Positions 9,040 through 17,849 of a stretch of DNA of 64,000 nt are shown here, in pieces (position 1 is the stretch's first letter; each line of letters starts with the position of its first letter). This DNA comes from an uncultured Gammaproteobacteria bacterium (GTDB lineage: Bacteria > Pseudomonadota > Gammaproteobacteria > Steroidobacterales > Steroidobacteraceae). Under the pieces are notes generated by a model, which did no database searches, was not told the DNA's origin, and saw nothing but the letters and a program-made list of their open reading frames with translations. Made by a program: the position numbers and the translations under genes. The stretch lies in the NCBI GenBank assembly GCA_963702735.1, contig CAVPDW010000003.1, positions 1,173,479 to 1,237,478 of the forward strand, given 5' to 3'.

Positions 9040-11345
9040 GCGTCGCGGTTGGGCGCGGTCCGCCGCCGATCATGCCGATCTCAATATCGGCACGGCGCTG
9101 GCTCATCGGCGGCTGTGTGCAGGGCGTCGGCTTCAGGCCGTTCGTCTATCGGCTGGCGCACTATCATGCTCTTTCCGGCTGGGTGCGCAATTGCGGCGGT
9201 GAGGTTGAAATTCACGCCGAGGGACCACCGCAGCGGCTGGAGCTCTTCGGCGATGCCCTGTTGTCGCGGGCGCCGCCCGCGGCGCAGGCGCACTTGCTGG
9301 AAGTGCGGGCGGCGAAGAGCGAGCGCAGCGAAGGATTCCACATTCGATCGAGCGCGCCGGGGACGGCGCTTCGGGCGCACGTCCCAAAGGACTTGTTCAC
9401 CTGCGACGAGTGCCTGGCAGAGCTCGGCGACCCAACCGCGCGGCGCTACCGCTACCCCTTCATCAATTGTACGCAATGCGGACCGCGCTATACGCTGATC
9501 CGCGCACTGCCCTACGACAGGCCCAACACCACACTCGATGGGTTCACTCTGTGCCCGCACTGTGCCGCCGAGTACGCGGAGCCGCTCGATCGGCGCTTCC
9601 ATGCGCAACCGCTGGCGTGCCCGGCCTGCGGCCCGAATATTTATTGGCGCGAATCCGGCAGCAGAACCCGGCGCAACGAGCTTGCGCTGGCGTCGGCGTT
9701 GCGGGCGCTGCGCGCGGGTCGGATCGTCGCGCTGCGGGGTGTCGGTGGTTATCATCTTTTGTGCGACGCGTCGCAGGAGAACGCAGTCGCGCGCCTCAGA
9801 GACCGCAAGGGGCGGCCTGCAAAGCCGCTCGCGGTGATGGTGCCGTGGCAAGGCGAGGACGGGCTTGAGTGCGCACACGCCATGGTTCAGCTATCGACAC
9901 TCGAAGCCGCGGTGTTGCGCAGCAGCGCGCGTCCCATCGTTCTTGCAACGCGGCGCCCGCGTATTGCGCTGGCTGAATCGGTGGCGCCGGGCTTGCGCGA
10001 GCTGGGGGTGATGCTGCCTTACAGCCCGCTGCACCATCTGCTGCTGTCGGACTTCGGTGGGCCGCTCGTGGCCACATCCGGCAATATCAGCGGCGAACCG
10101 GTGCTGACCGAGCCTGCGACGGTGGAGCAGCGACTCTCAAAGGTAGCCGACGGTTTTTTGCACCACGACCGACCTATCGCTCGGCCCGCGGATGATCCGG
10201 TGGTTCGCGTGCTTGCCGGCGCCGCGCGGCCGCTGCGGCTCGGACGCGGTACAGCCCCGTTGGAGCTCAACCTGCCGGTACGCACTCCGGTTCCGATTCT
10301 TGCGCTGGGTGCGTATTCGAAGGTGACCGTGGCACTGGCGTGGGATGACCGTGTGGTCATTTCGCCGCATATCGGGGATCTTGCGAGTCCGCGCGGGCGG
10401 GCGGTATTTGCGCAGGTGGCTCACGATTTGCAGCAACTGTACGGCGTGCGCGCCGAGCGTATCGCACATGATGCGCATCCTGACTTTCCCAATTCGCGCT
10501 GGGCACGTGAATCGGGACTCGCGACGCTTCCTGTTTGGCACCACTTTGCGCATGCGGCCGCCGTGGCGGGCGAGTATCCGAGCGATGCGCCGCTGCTGTG
10601 CTTCACCTGGGACGGGGTCGGCCTCGGCCCGGACGGAACCTTGTGGGGCGGGGAGGCTCTGTTGGGGCGACCGGGCGCGTGGCGGCGCGTGGCGAGTTGG
10701 CGGCCGTTCCGCTTGCCGGGGGGTGAACGCGCCGCGCAGGATCCCTGGCGCTCGGCACTCGCCTTGAGCTGGGAGAGCGGTCTTCGGTGGCCCGGGGGAG
10801 CACAGCTGTCGGATCCCTTGCTGCGCGCCGCCTGGGACCGTGGTCTGAACGCTCCCACCACGACCGCGGTAGGGCGGCTGTTCGACGCCGCCGCCGCCCT
10901 CTTGGGACTGTGCATGCGCGCGAGCTTCGAAGGCCAGGCGCCCATGCGCCTCGAGACGCTTTGCAGCGACGCGGTTGCCTGCGCCCCCATATTGATGCCG
11001 CTCGATCGCGACCCCGGCGGCACCTGGCGCAGCGACTGGGCGGCGCTTCTGCCGCCGATGTTGGATACTCGGGTCGATCCGGCCGCTCGCGCCGCCCTGT
11101 TTCATGCGAGTCTCGCGCACGCGTTGTGCAAGCAGGCAATGGCCGTGCGAGCGCAGGCCGGCGTCGACCGCGTGGGGCTATGCGGCGGCGTATTTCAGAA
11201 TCGCGTCTTGACCGAGCAGGTGCAGGCGCTGCTGACGGCGGCGGGGTTCGAAGTGCTCCTACCGAGACAGTTGCCGGTCAACGACGCGGCGATCAGTTTC
11301 GGCCAGGTTATCGAGGCCGTCGCCTTCCTGAGGACCCAACCCTGA
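9036..11345 (+). CDS. hypF: Carbamoyltransferase HypF
   Basis: Acylphosphatase domain (GCVQGVGFRPFVYRLA). Two zinc-finger pairs (CDECLAEL...CTQCGPRY; CPHCAAEY...CPACGP). YrdC-like and Kae1-like regions. Start set at the ATG overlapping the hypX stop (ATGA at 9036-9039). The track's 8874 start lies inside hypX. Confidence 0.92.
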   Translation: MSVAVGRGPPPIMPISISARRWLIGGCVQGVGFRPFVYRLAHYHALSGWVRNCGGEVEIHAEGPPQRLELFGDALLSRAPPAAQAHLLEVRAAKSERSEGFHIRSSAPGTALRAHVPKDLFTCDECLAELGDPTARRYRYPFINCTQCGPRYTLIRALPYDRPNTTLDGFTLCPHCAAEYAEPLDRRFHAQPLACPACGPNIYWRESGSRTRRNELALASALRALRAGRIVALRGVGGYHLLCDASQENAVARLRDRKGRPAKPLAVMVPWQGEDGLECAHAMVQLSTLEAAVLRSSARPIVLATRRPRIALAESVAPGLRELGVMLPYSPLHHLLLSDFGGPLVATSGNISGEPVLTEPATVEQRLSKVADGFLHHDRPIARPADDPVVRVLAGAARPLRLGRGTAPLELNLPVRTPVPILALGAYSKVTVALAWDDRVVISPHIGDLASPRGRAVFAQVAHDLQQLYGVRAERIAHDAHPDFPNSRWARESGLATLPVWHHFAHAAAVAGEYPSDAPLLCFTWDGVGLGPDGTLWGGEALLGRPGAWRRVASWRPFRLPGGERAAQDPWRSALALSWESGLRWPGGAQLSDPLLRAAWDRGLNAPTTTAVGRLFDAAAALLGLCMRASFEGQAPMRLETLCSDAVACAPILMPLDRDPGGTWRSDWAALLPPMLDTRVDPAARAALFHASLAHALCKQAMAVRAQAGVDRVGLCGGVFQNRVLTEQVQALLTAAGFEVLLPRQLPVNDAAISFGQVIEAVAFLRTQP

Positions 11346-12349
11346 AATTTCGGGATACCCACATCAGCCTGGCGCACGGCAACGGCGGTCGGCTCATGCG
11401 CGAGCTGATCGAGGAGCTATTTGCGCCCGCTTTCTCAAACCCTCACCTGGATACCCGCGTTGATGCGGCGTCGCTGCCGTGTCCGAATGAACGAGAGTTG
11501 ATCGTGACCACCGATGGGTTCACGGTCCAGCCGCTGGAGTTCCCCGGCGGAAACATCGGCTCTCTGGCCGTTCACGGCACCGTCAACGATCTTGCGGTGA
11601 GCGGTGCTCTGCCGCGCTACATCACGCTGAGCGTATTTCTCGAGGAGGGGCTTGAGATCGCGCTGTTGCGCCGGGTGATCGATGCGCTTGCCGAAGCTGC
11701 GCGCGATTGCGGTATTGCGGTCGTCGCCGGAGACACGAAGGTCGTCGGTCGTGGCGATTGCGATGGGATCTATCTGGCGACCACCGGAATTGGGTTTCGG
11801 CCACATGGCGTTTGCCTGGGGGTGGACCGCGTACGCGCGGGGGACCGTTTGTTGGTCAGCGGAGCCATCGGCGATCACGGCGCAGCCGTCATGCTCGCCC
11901 GCCAGGAATTCGGGCTGCGCGGCGGTCTCAAATCGGACGCCGCCAGCGTCCTTTCTCACGCGCAAGCGTTGATGAGTGTGCCGGGCCTGCGGTTCATGCG
12001 CGATCCGACCCGCGGTGGATTGGCGACCGTCGCGCATGAGATTGCGCGCGCCGCCGGGCTCACCATCCGCCTCGCCGAATCACAAGTGCCGGTCAACGAC
12101 TCGGTTCAGTCGGTCTGTGAGCTGTTGGGCTTCGATCCACTTTATCTGGCCTGCGAGGGGCGCCTGGTCGCGGCGGTCGCACCGGAATCGGCCGAAGCGG
12201 CATTGGCTGCATTACGGACCGTGGCACCGAGCGCCGCGCTGATTGGAGAAATTCAGGCAGGCCCGCCGCAGGTCATACTGGAGACGGCGTTTGGCGGCCA
12301 ACGGGTGCTCGATGAGCTCGAGGATGACCCGCTGCCGCGCATCTGCTGA
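11342..12349 (+). CDS. hypE: Hydrogenase maturation protein HypE
   Basis: ISLAHGNGG N-terminal motif, AIR-synthase-like fold motifs, and a C-terminal PRIC. No ATG/GTG/TTG lies just upstream of the conserved N-terminus. The only start-like codon is CTG at 11342, overlapping the hypF stop (CTGA), so the 5' end is uncertain. Confidence 0.88.
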   Translation: MKFRDTHISLAHGNGGRLMRELIEELFAPAFSNPHLDTRVDAASLPCPNERELIVTTDGFTVQPLEFPGGNIGSLAVHGTVNDLAVSGALPRYITLSVFLEEGLEIALLRRVIDALAEAARDCGIAVVAGDTKVVGRGDCDGIYLATTGIGFRPHGVCLGVDRVRAGDRLLVSGAIGDHGAAVMLARQEFGLRGGLKSDAASVLSHAQALMSVPGLRFMRDPTRGGLATVAHEIARAAGLTIRLAESQVPVNDSVQSVCELLGFDPLYLACEGRLVAAVAPESAEAALAALRTVAPSAALIGEIQAGPPQVILETAFGGQRVLDELEDDPLPRIC

Positions 12350-12376
12350 GAGACGTATCCCCCGATCCGCCGCCGC

Positions 12377-12396
12377 TCTGTGCGGTTCCGCACAGA
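12377..12396 (+). terminator. Hairpin downstream of hypE (terminator-like, no T-tract)
   Basis: TCTGTGCGG tt CCGCACAGA, a perfect 9-bp stem 28 nt after the hypE stop. Confidence 0.35.
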
Positions 12397-12451
12397 CGCC
12401 ACAGCCTCCCCGATGGCTTGATTTGCGCACCGGCGGGCATGGAGTCGATTG

Positions 12452-12739
12452 ATGAAGACAATGATGATCTTTGCGGCAACATCCATGCTCGGCTGGCTCT
12501 CGGCATGCGGTCCCGCAAGCGCCGCAGACAGCGCGGCGGGGCAGAAGATCTTCGCGGCAGCATGCGCCGCCTGCCACAAACTCAATGTGCCCCCGTACGC
12601 CGGTAAAACGGAAGCCCAACTCGAAACGGATATGAAGAGCATTGTCGCCGGCACTATCAAACACCCGAAGAAAATCACCTTGAGCGCGACCGATATAGCC
12701 GACGTTGCAACGTACATTTCGAGCAACGATTCGAAGTGA
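12452..12739 (+). CDS. Small class I c-type cytochrome, probable lipoprotein
   Basis: 95 aa. Signal peptide ending in a lipobox-like LSAC. Single heme motif CAACH. Distal Met candidate (ETDMKSI). GGAG 7 nt upstream of the ATG. Confidence 0.85.
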   Translation: MKTMMIFAATSMLGWLSACGPASAADSAAGQKIFAAACAACHKLNVPPYAGKTEAQLETDMKSIVAGTIKHPKKITLSATDIADVATYISSNDSK

Positions 12740-12760
12740 GATTGGGCCGACAGAGCGGGT

Positions 12761-13591
12761 TCATGCCCCCGACAGTGCGCCGATGTGATTGTCGCGCCGG
12801 CCGGAGGCCGGGTGATCGGACAAAGGGACTGCGCACGCCGGATCGGTCCACCGCGGCAGGCTGTGGCAATAAGCACCGGTTACGCGGTCATGCTCGTGGC
12901 GGATGACGGCGTAGCACTCGCAGCAACATGCTTCAATGCCGGCGCGATTGATGATCGAGATACGTCCACGCCGGTAGGCGATCAGGCCGCCAATCAGCAG
13001 TTTGTGAGCCGCCGCAGTAATCCCCTCGCGGCGCATGCCCAGCGTGTTGCCGAGCAGTTCGTGCGTCATCGTCAACTCGGCCGATCCGAGCCGATCAGCG
13101 CTCTGCAATAACCACCGGCACAGTTGCTGATCCACCGAATGGCGCTGATTGCAGACGGCTCTTTGCGAGATTTGTGCGAGCAGCGCCTGTGTGTACCTCA
13201 GCAACAGGTGCTGCACTGCACGTCCTCGACTGAATTCCGCCTCGAGAAAATCACGCTTGAGGCGGTAGATGAGCCCGCCGCTCTGCACGATCACGCGATT
13301 GGGGGTCGACCCATCACCCAAAAAGATGTCCACCCCCACGAGACCCTCGTTGCCGATGGCGGCGACCTCGGTCGAGGCCCCATCGGCGGCCACGTGTTGC
13401 ATGGACACGATCGACGAAATTGGGAAGTAACAATGGTCGAGCCGACAGTACGGTTCGCCCAGAATCTCGCCTGCTCGCACCTCCAGCAGAGAAAGGTGCC
13501 GTTGCAGGCGCTGCCATATCTCGTCGGGGAGCAACGCCAGCAACTTGTTCTGCAAGACGCTGCATGTGACCGTGGAGTTGCTCGGTATCAC
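12761..13591 (-). CDS. Crp/Fnr-family transcriptional regulator (paralogue 1)
   Basis: cNMP-binding-like beta-roll (NKLLALLP..., IGNEGLVGV) and a C-terminal HTH (ELLGNTLGMRREGITAAAHKL), then a CCCECY motif. GTG at 13591 chosen: AGGAAG lies 6 nt upstream and the N-terminal length matches the paralogues. The track's 400-aa form is an upstream extension. Confidence 0.85.
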   Translation of the reverse strand: MIPSNSTVTCSVLQNKLLALLPDEIWQRLQRHLSLLEVRAGEILGEPYCRLDHCYFPISSIVSMQHVAADGASTEVAAIGNEGLVGVDIFLGDGSTPNRVIVQSGGLIYRLKRDFLEAEFSRGRAVQHLLLRYTQALLAQISQRAVCNQRHSVDQQLCRWLLQSADRLGSAELTMTHELLGNTLGMRREGITAAAHKLLIGGLIAYRRGRISIINRAGIEACCCECYAVIRHEHDRVTGAYCHSLPRWTDPACAVPLSDHPASGRRDNHIGALSGA

Positions 13592-13638
13592 CGGACGCTT
13601 CCTGATTTGGAGTTTCCGGCGAATATAGATGCCGAACT

Positions 13639-13657
13639 CCCCATATACTATAAGGGG
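13639..13657. promoter_or_regulatory. AT-rich near-palindrome in the crp1/cydP divergent intergenic region
   Basis: CCCCATATA c TATAAGGGG (9-bp arms, 1 mismatch). It is 48 nt upstream of the crp1 GTG and 74 nt upstream of the cydP ATG. Confidence 0.25.
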
Positions 13658-13730
13658 AAGCCGCACGGACGTTGCCGGCTCGAGGCGAGAGGCGGCGGAC
13701 GAGTTGGGCGAGCCGAAGAGGTGGTCCTTG

Positions 13731-13940
13731 ATGGCGACGAGACAAGTCGAGCGAAACTGGCGGGCTCGCCTCACCCGCGACATCGGTTGGTGGTTCATCG
13801 CCAAGCTCGGTCTGCTGACCCTGTTGTGGGCTTTGTTCTTTTCAGGCTCGCATCGATGTCTTGTCGATGGGCCGGCCACTGCAAGCCGCCTTGCGCTCGG
13901 GGGGCCGGCGCAGAGTCCGGGAGGAGACCGTTGTGATTGA
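13731..13940 (+). CDS. cydP: Putative cytochrome bd small accessory subunit CydP-like membrane protein
   Basis: 69 aa: MATRQVERNWRARLTRDIGWWFIAKLGLLTLLWALFFSG... A basic N-terminus followed by one TM helix ending in FF, immediately upstream of cydA and overlapping it by 8 nt. Matches my recollection of CydP proteins found upstream of cydA in beta-proteobacteria. Confidence 0.55.
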   Translation: MATRQVERNWRARLTRDIGWWFIAKLGLLTLLWALFFSGSHRCLVDGPATASRLALGGPAQSPGGDRCD

Positions 13941-15510
13941 CTTCGATGTGGTGACGCTGTCACGCCTGCAATTCGCCTTGACGGCGCTGTTTCATTTCTT
14001 GTTCGTCCCGCTCACGCTGGGCCTGTCGATGATCCTGGTGATCATGGAATCCACGTACGTGATGACGGGAAAAGAGATTTGGAAGCGAATGACGCGGTTT
14101 TGGGGCGTGCTGTTCGGCATCAATTTTGCGATGGGAGTCGCGACCGGGATCACCATGGAGTTCCAGTTCGGGACCAACTGGGCGTATTACTCGCACTACG
14201 TGGGGGACATTTTCGGTGCACCGCTGGCGATCGAAGGGCTCATGGCGTTCTTTCTGGAATCCACCTTTGTCGGGCTCTTTTTTTTCGGCTGGGAGCGATT
14301 GTCAAAAATCGGTCATCTGATCGTCACCGCGCTGGTGGCACTCGGGTCCAGCCTGTCCGCGCTTTGGATACTGATTGCCAACGCCTGGATGCAAAATCCC
14401 ACGGGAGCCGAGTTCAACTACGAAACCATGCGCATGGAGCTCGTCTCCTTCGGTGCGGTGCTGCTCAATCCCGTCGCACAGGCGAAATTTGTGCACACGG
14501 TGGCGGCGGGCTATGTAGTCGGGTCGGTGTTCGTGCTCGCGATCAGTGCATGGTACTTGCTGCGCGGGCGCAACACCGAAGTTGCGCGACGATCCATGGC
14601 GGTGGCGGCGAGCTTCGGCCTCGCCTGTTCGCTCTCGGTGGTCGTCCTCGGGGATCAATCCGGCTACGAGGCGAGCGAGAATCAGAAGATGAAAATCGCC
14701 GCCATCGAGGCGGAGTGGGACACGGCGCCGGCGCCGGCCGGATTCACCGTATTTGGCCTGCCGGACGTGGCGGCACGCAAGACCTACGCCCAAGTGAAGG
14801 TACCGTGGCTGTTGGGATTGATTGCCACACGATCCGTCGATCGCCAGGTTCCGGGCATCGCTGAACTGGTTGCGCGGGCCAGGGAGAGGATCGAGAGCGG
14901 GATGCTCGCGCACGCCGCACTGCAAGAGTTGCGCGCAGATTCCGCCAATCAGGGTGCCCGCGGCCGGTTTGAAGCGCACCGGGCGGATCTGGGTTACGGA
15001 TTGCTGTTGTTGCGCTACACACGCAATCCGGCCGCAGCGACACCGGAACAGATCGATCGCGCCGCATGGTCCACGGTACCCAATGTACCCGTGCTCTTCT
15101 GGAGCTTTCGGTTCATGGTCACACTGGGGCTGTTCTTGATTGCCTTGTTTGCGGGCGCATTTTACCTGGCTTCCCGACACCGCTTCGAAAGCAATCGCTG
15201 GTTTCTGAAGGTCGCGCTCTGCAGCCTGCCCCTGCCCTGGATTGCGGCCGAGCTGGGATGGATCGTGGCGGAGTACGGCCGGCAACCGTGGGCGATCGAT
15301 GGGCTGTTGCCGACGTTTCTCGGCGTCTCCACGACCTCGGCTGCAAACGTGTGGATGTCGCTTCTGGGATTTGTCGTTTTCTACACATCGCTCGCGGCGG
15401 TTGACGTGTTTCTGATGCTGCGCATGATTCGTCAGGGTCCCGACGGATTGGGCTACTGGCCCGATCCCGTGGCGAGCGCCGCGACGCCCGCACCTGCCCA
15501 CGGAGCTTGA
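13933..15510 (+). CDS. cydA: Cytochrome bd ubiquinol oxidase subunit I
   Basis: LSRLQFALTALFHFLFVPLTLG N-terminus and a GRQPW motif (EYGRQPWAI). About 525 aa. GTG at 13933 has GGAGGAG upstream. Confidence 0.95.
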   Translation: MIDFDVVTLSRLQFALTALFHFLFVPLTLGLSMILVIMESTYVMTGKEIWKRMTRFWGVLFGINFAMGVATGITMEFQFGTNWAYYSHYVGDIFGAPLAIEGLMAFFLESTFVGLFFFGWERLSKIGHLIVTALVALGSSLSALWILIANAWMQNPTGAEFNYETMRMELVSFGAVLLNPVAQAKFVHTVAAGYVVGSVFVLAISAWYLLRGRNTEVARRSMAVAASFGLACSLSVVVLGDQSGYEASENQKMKIAAIEAEWDTAPAPAGFTVFGLPDVAARKTYAQVKVPWLLGLIATRSVDRQVPGIAELVARARERIESGMLAHAALQELRADSANQGARGRFEAHRADLGYGLLLLRYTRNPAAATPEQIDRAAWSTVPNVPVLFWSFRFMVTLGLFLIALFAGAFYLASRHRFESNRWFLKVALCSLPLPWIAAELGWIVAEYGRQPWAIDGLLPTFLGVSTTSAANVWMSLLGFVVFYTSLAAVDVFLMLRMIRQGPDGLGYWPDPVASAATPAPAHGA

Positions 15511-15519
15511 GGTCCGACT

Positions 15520-16656
15520 ATGCTGAGCTATGAATCACTTCGGGTCATCTGGTGGCTGATCCTGGGCGTGTTGCTGATCGGATTTGCGGTCACGGACGGC
15601 TTCGACCTGGGAGTTTGTTCGATCTTCAAGTTTGTCGGGCGCAGCGACGATGAGCGCCGCACCCTGCTCGAATCCATTGAGCCGGTGTGGGAGGGTAACC
15701 AGGTCTGGTTCGTCCTGGGGGGAGGCGCAGCGTTTGCGGCATGGCCGTTGCTGTACGCTGCATCTTTCTCCTCGTTATATCTGGCCATGTTTCTGGTATT
15801 GGTGGGCTTCATCCTAAGACCGGTGGGCTTTGCCTTCCGAGGCAAAATCGCGGATCCGCGGTGGCGCAACACTTGTGATTGGGCGTTGTGCGTGGGCGGC
15901 ACCGTGCCGGCCCTGCTATTCGGTGTCGCTTTCGGAAACCTCTTCATCGGAGTGCCCTTTCATTTCGACTCCATGATGCGGCCCGTGTACACCGGGGGAT
16001 TCTTCAATCTACTGCATCCGTTCGCCGTGGTGAGCGGCCTCGTCAGTTTGTCGATGCTGGTCATGCATGGGGCGACTTATGCGTCGTTCAAAGTGGAAGG
16101 CGCGCTCGGTGCGCGCGCCGCTGCGGTCGGCAAGGTCGCTGCATTGGTCTTTGCCGGTGTCTTCATCGCCGCGGGAGTTTGGGTTTTCGCAGGCCTCGAC
16201 GGCCAGAGAATCACCGCCGGCGCCGATGGCGCGGGCCCTTCCAACCCGCTGCTCAAGACGGTTGTGTCCGCAGCCGGCGCTTGGCTCGATAATTTCCACG
16301 CTCATCCCGTGCTCTGGCTGGCGCCCGCCGCAGGAGTGGGCGCGGCCTTGCTGACTCACCGGCTGCTGCGGCTGGGTCGCTTTGGGGCCGCGCTGGTCGC
16401 CAGCGGGGTTGCCCAGGCGGCGACGATTCTGACGGCCGGAACGGCGCTGTTCCCGTTTCTGATGCCATCTTCCACCAACCCCGGCGAGAGTCTGACCATT
16501 TGGGACGCATCCAGCAGCGCCAAGACCCTGTTCATAATGCTGATCGTGGTCATTGTGCTTCTTCCGATCGTGTTGGCGTATACATCATGGGTGTACCGCG
16601 TCTTGCGTGGTCAGGTTTCACTCGATGCGGTTCGACGGCACGTTGGCCTTTATTAA
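15520..16656 (+). CDS. cydB: Cytochrome bd ubiquinol oxidase subunit II
   Basis: 378 aa polytopic membrane protein. [26 protein letters not shown]-terminus typical of CydB. Starts 9 nt after cydA. Confidence 0.95.
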   Translation: MLSYESLRVIWWLILGVLLIGFAVTDGFDLGVCSIFKFVGRSDDERRTLLESIEPVWEGNQVWFVLGGGAAFAAWPLLYAASFSSLYLAMFLVLVGFILRPVGFAFRGKIADPRWRNTCDWALCVGGTVPALLFGVAFGNLFIGVPFHFDSMMRPVYTGGFFNLLHPFAVVSGLVSLSMLVMHGATYASFKVEGALGARAAAVGKVAALVFAGVFIAAGVWVFAGLDGQRITAGADGAGPSNPLLKTVVSAAGAWLDNFHAHPVLWLAPAAGVGAALLTHRLLRLGRFGAALVASGVAQAATILTAGTALFPFLMPSSTNPGESLTIWDASSSAKTLFIMLIVVIVLLPIVLAYTSWVYRVLRGQVSLDAVRRHVGLY

Positions 16657-16673
16657 GTACGAAGGAGTCGCTG

Positions 16674-16766
16674 GTGTGGTACTTCAGCTGGATTCTGGGA
16701 CTTGGCTTTGCCTTGGCATTCGGCGTCTTGAACGCCATGTGGTATGAGTTCGGCGAGCGTCAATAG
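16674..16766 (+). CDS. cydX: Cytochrome bd small subunit CydX
   Basis: 30 aa: (M)WYFSWILGLGFALAFGVLNAMWYEFGERQ, the MWYFxWILG CydX signature. GTG start with GAAGGAG upstream. Hidden inside an 88-aa track ORF. Confidence 0.85.
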   Translation: MWYFSWILGLGFALAFGVLNAMWYEFGERQ

Positions 16767-16816
16767 CAGGTATTGAGTTGCGTGGTGCGAGGAATTCCGA
16801 GCCTCAGCCTCAGATG

Positions 16817-17587
16817 TCACTTTCGGGACCACAAGCGCGGCAGCCCCTTATGCAGGCGCTTGTACTGCTGCCTGATGAATCGGTAGCACTCGCAGGATTT
16901 TCTCATCAATCGAGCCTTGTTGAGAACGCGCAGGCTGCCGCGGCGGTACCTGATCAAGCCTGCCGCCTGAAATCTGACGGCGCACTCGGTAACGCTCGAG
17001 CGACGCACGCCCAACAGGCTGGCCAGCGATTCTTGGACCAGCACAAAGTCGCGTGAGCCGGAGTAATCGTTCATGGTGAGAAGCAGGCGCGCCAATCGCT
17101 GCTCGATGGTGTGATGCTGGCAGCAGGCCACCGACTGGCTGATCACTGCAAGAAAAGTCCGCGCATAGGCCAGCAGCAACTGCTGCAACGGGCTCCCAAA
17201 TTTCACTTCTCTCCGCAAGTCCCTCGACTTCATCCGCATTGCGCTGCCCGCGAGTTGCACGACGGCCCTGTCCGGGGTGACGATGCCGCCCAGAAAAACA
17301 TTGATGCCGACGATGCCTTCACGGCCGATGACGCCGACCTCGACGGTGCGCTTGTCGTCCATGCTGTCGATCATGGCGATCACCGCTTCTTCCGGAAAGT
17401 ACACGTACTCAATCGTCTGATCCGCACGGTAAACGACCTTACCGGCTTTCAGCATCACGTGCTCGAGCTTCGGCAGAAGGCGCCGGTATTCCGAGGCGAG
17501 CAGCGCCGCAAGAAGGTTGTTCCCGATGTGAATGCCGGCGGGCGGGGTAGGTCGACGCGGATGATCCGAGCTGTGGGTTGTGGTCAT
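16817..17587 (-). CDS. Crp/Fnr-family transcriptional regulator (paralogue 2)
   Basis: 256 aa. NNLLAALL..., IGREGIVGI, HTH (SLASLLGVRRSSVTECAVRF), and a C-terminal SCECY motif. Confidence 0.88.
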   Translation of the reverse strand: MTTTHSSDHPRRPTPPAGIHIGNNLLAALLASEYRRLLPKLEHVMLKAGKVVYRADQTIEYVYFPEEAVIAMIDSMDDKRTVEVGVIGREGIVGINVFLGGIVTPDRAVVQLAGSAMRMKSRDLRREVKFGSPLQQLLLAYARTFLAVISQSVACCQHHTIEQRLARLLLTMNDYSGSRDFVLVQESLASLLGVRRSSVTECAVRFQAAGLIRYRRGSLRVLNKARLMRKSCECYRFIRQQYKRLHKGLPRLWSRK

Positions 17588-17653
17588 ATTGGATATGTGC
17601 CGGATCGAATTGCATCCGTGTCATCGCACCCAGCGTGTCCGGGAGGCCGTTCC

Positions 17654-17674
17654 GATCGATTCCGACGGTCGATC
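17654..17674. promoter_or_regulatory. Inverted repeat in the crp2/crp3 divergent intergenic region
   Basis: GATCGA-N9-TCGATC, 67-87 nt upstream of the crp2 ATG. Direct TTTGAT repeats follow at about 17712-17745. Confidence 0.25.
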
Positions 17675-17849
17675 TCTCTTCACACTTCTTCACCTCCACG
17701 CCTTATACACGTTTGATCGGGTGGGCGCGTCATTTGATTGCAATGCGATTTGTCTATGTCCGCTACCGGACAGAGAGTACAGTGGTTCGCAAAGCCGCGC
17801 GCTTGAAGGACGCGTGGCGCCCATCAAGCTGCCAGGGCGAGGATACGGA

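Noticed and set aside
13592-13932. Search for a canonical FNR/Crp box (TTGAT-N4-ATCAA) upstream of cydP/cydA, the three crp genes, usp, the PPDK-like operon and the V-ATPase cluster.
   Set aside because: I found only half-sites (for example TTGATggcg at about 13727 and TTGATTGCAATGCG at about 17735). Nothing close enough to consensus to annotate.
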